Shown: one piece after another, positions 62,572 through 64,000 of the stretch | Layout of the letters: each line of letters opens with the position of its first letter | Numbering within the stretch: position 1 is the stretch's first letter | NCBI GenBank assembly: GCA_024401185.1 | Contig: JAKSLO010000001.1 | Coordinates: 2,032 to 66,031 of the forward strand | Direction: 5' to 3' | DNA length: 64,000 nt | From: Bacteroidaceae bacterium | GTDB lineage: Bacteria; Bacteroidota; Bacteroidia; Bacteroidales; Bacteroidaceae | Position numbers and translations under genes: made by a program | Notes under the pieces: model-generated | The model's input: only the letters and a program-made list of their open reading frames with translations | What the model was told of the DNA's origin: nothing | Databases searched by the model: none

Positions 62572-63720
62572 ATGGCAGACATACATACCAAGACTCCGTC
62601 AGACAGTTCTCCCATCCGGGTGATTGAGGTCATCAGGCAAGGGCAGATTGGAGGAGGAGAGTCGCATGTACTCGATCTCATTCAATGCCTCGACAAGACA
62701 CAAGTCACCCCCATTGCCATGGCATTCACAGGAGGGCACATGATAGACACCCTGCGCAAGCAAGGCATCAAATGCTACGTGATAGAGACGCAGAAGGCAT
62801 TTGACAAGAAAGCCATGCAGAAAATATGCAAAGTGGTGCAAGACGAGAACATAGACATCATCCATGCCCACGGCAGCAGGGCTGCATCAAACATGCTGCA
62901 AGCCTCGCGCAAGTTGCACGTTCCTCTCATCTACACGGTTCATGGGTGGAGCTTTCACCAAGACCAGTCATGGATTATCCGCAAACTACGCGGATGGAGC
63001 GAGAAACTGATATGCCACTATGCCAAGCGCGTGATCTGCGTATCGGAGAGCAACCGACAGACTGGCGAGAAGACATTCGGGCTGAAGAACTGTACCGTCA
63101 TTGAGAACGGCATCAACCTGCAACGCTTCAATGCCGAAGCCTGCCATAGCAACTTGCGAAGTGAACTGGGTTTCGGCAACGACGACTTTATCGTGGCCGA
63201 GATATGCCGTATTACCCTTCAGAAAGCTCCCATCGACTTCCTGAAAGCCGTTGAGATAGCACACGCCAAGGAACCACGCATCAAGGGACTGCTGGTGGGC
63301 GAAGGTGACATGCAGACAGAAACCGAAGCCTACATACAGGAACACAAGATGCAGGATTACCTCATTACCTCGCCTTTCCGTACCGACGTGCCTGCCGTTC
63401 TGCATGCCATCGACGTGTATTGCCTACCCAGCCTGTGGGAAGGACTGAGCATTGCCTTGCTTGAAGCATTGGCTATGAAGAAGCCTGTGGTTGTTACGCC
63501 TACCGATGGCACCAAGGAACTAATTGAAGACCAAGTGAATGGCACAATCGTACCTTTCAACAATCCAGATGCCAATGCAGAGGCTTTCCTGAGATACTTC
63601 AACTCCCCCGAGACGATGAAGGCTCACGGTGAGAAGGCACATGCCATGGTTGAACGTCGTTTCAATGCCCAACGTGTGGCCGACACCGTGATGGATATTT
63701 ACAAGCAGAACGTAAAATGA
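62572..63720 (+). CDS. Glycosyltransferase family 4 (GT-B)
   Basis: The C-terminal half has PSLWEGLSIALLEALAMKKPVV (EX7E-type motif). Confidence 0.8.
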   Translation: MADIHTKTPSDSSPIRVIEVIRQGQIGGGESHVLDLIQCLDKTQVTPIAMAFTGGHMIDTLRKQGIKCYVIETQKAFDKKAMQKICKVVQDENIDIIHAHGSRAASNMLQASRKLHVPLIYTVHGWSFHQDQSWIIRKLRGWSEKLICHYAKRVICVSESNRQTGEKTFGLKNCTVIENGINLQRFNAEACHSNLRSELGFGNDDFIVAEICRITLQKAPIDFLKAVEIAHAKEPRIKGLLVGEGDMQTETEAYIQEHKMQDYLITSPFRTDVPAVLHAIDVYCLPSLWEGLSIALLEALAMKKPVVVTPTDGTKELIEDQVNGTIVPFNNPDANAEAFLRYFNSPETMKAHGEKAHAMVERRFNAQRVADTVMDIYKQNVK

Positions 63721-64000
63721 AAGAAATCAGCGTCATAGTACCAGTCTTCAACACGGGGAAATACCTTCAAGAAGCCATTGAGAGCGTCTTGCAGCAAGGC
63801 ATTGCCGACATGGAAGTAATCTGCGTCAACGATGGCTCTACCGACGACAGCCTTCACATCCTTGAGACGATGGCCGAGAAGGACTCTCGCATACAAGTCC
63901 TTTCGCAACCCAACCAGGGACAGAGCGTGGCCCGCAACATGGCCTTGCAACATGCCACTGGTCGCTACCTATATTTCATGGACAGCGATGATGTACTGAA
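63717..64000 (+). CDS. Glycosyltransferase family 2 (5' part, runs off window)
   Basis: The ATG overlaps the upstream stop (ATGA). Translation MKEISVIVPVFNTGKYLQEAIESVLQQ..NDGSTDDS..FMDSDD shows a GT-A signature. Confidence 0.8.
   Translation, partial: MKEISVIVPVFNTGKYLQEAIESVLQQGIADMEVICVNDGSTDDSLHILETMAEKDSRIQVLSQPNQGQSVARNMALQHATGRYLYFMDSDDVL

Overview
This is a chromosomal segment with clear Bacteroidales (Prevotella-like) hallmarks. Many genes are preceded by TAnnTTTG -7 and TTTG -33 promoter boxes. Other hallmarks are a MoxR-DUF58-BatA..BatE aerotolerance operon, DUF4295-rpmG-rpmB, DUF4835, a BspA-type LRR protein and fimbrillin-like lipoproteins. I call about 53 protein genes and saw no tRNA, rRNA or CRISPR array. 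Positions 1-7.7 kb are the replication/immunity arm of an integrated phage-like or satellite-like element. There a CI/S24-type repressor faces a leftward operon with Cro-like and Xis-like HTH proteins, an ORF6N protein, a 1085-aa primase-helicase fusion and a GTAGAA iteron array. The arm ends in an odd gene-poor zone with (CTAA)4 repeats, paired ACGTGCTAC repeats and a T-loop-like hairpin. The rest looks like core genome: a sugar-1-P salvage pair, aspS, PAP2, the Bat operon, an HU / HU-LysM pair, rimO, ftsY, ribosomal proteins, tsaD, map, a Na/Pi transporter, a LolE-like permease and an aminotransferase. It continues with a membrane pseudokinase-like protein, AraC plus a TolC/MFP/RND efflux operon with a P-II-like rider, GH2 plus BspA, DUF3127/dnaN/exonuclease/coaBC/DUF4835/recN, tilS and glycosyltransferases. 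The best follow-ups are the island with its origin and att-like DNA, and a dispersed AACTATGAACT repeat family that includes one 21-nt tandem array. Others are an HU-acidic-TM-LysM tether protein, a DUF3127 protein with an SSB-like DDLPF tip next to dnaN, and several structured gene-free regions. All functional calls are by-eye motif recognition; no database search or folding program was run.
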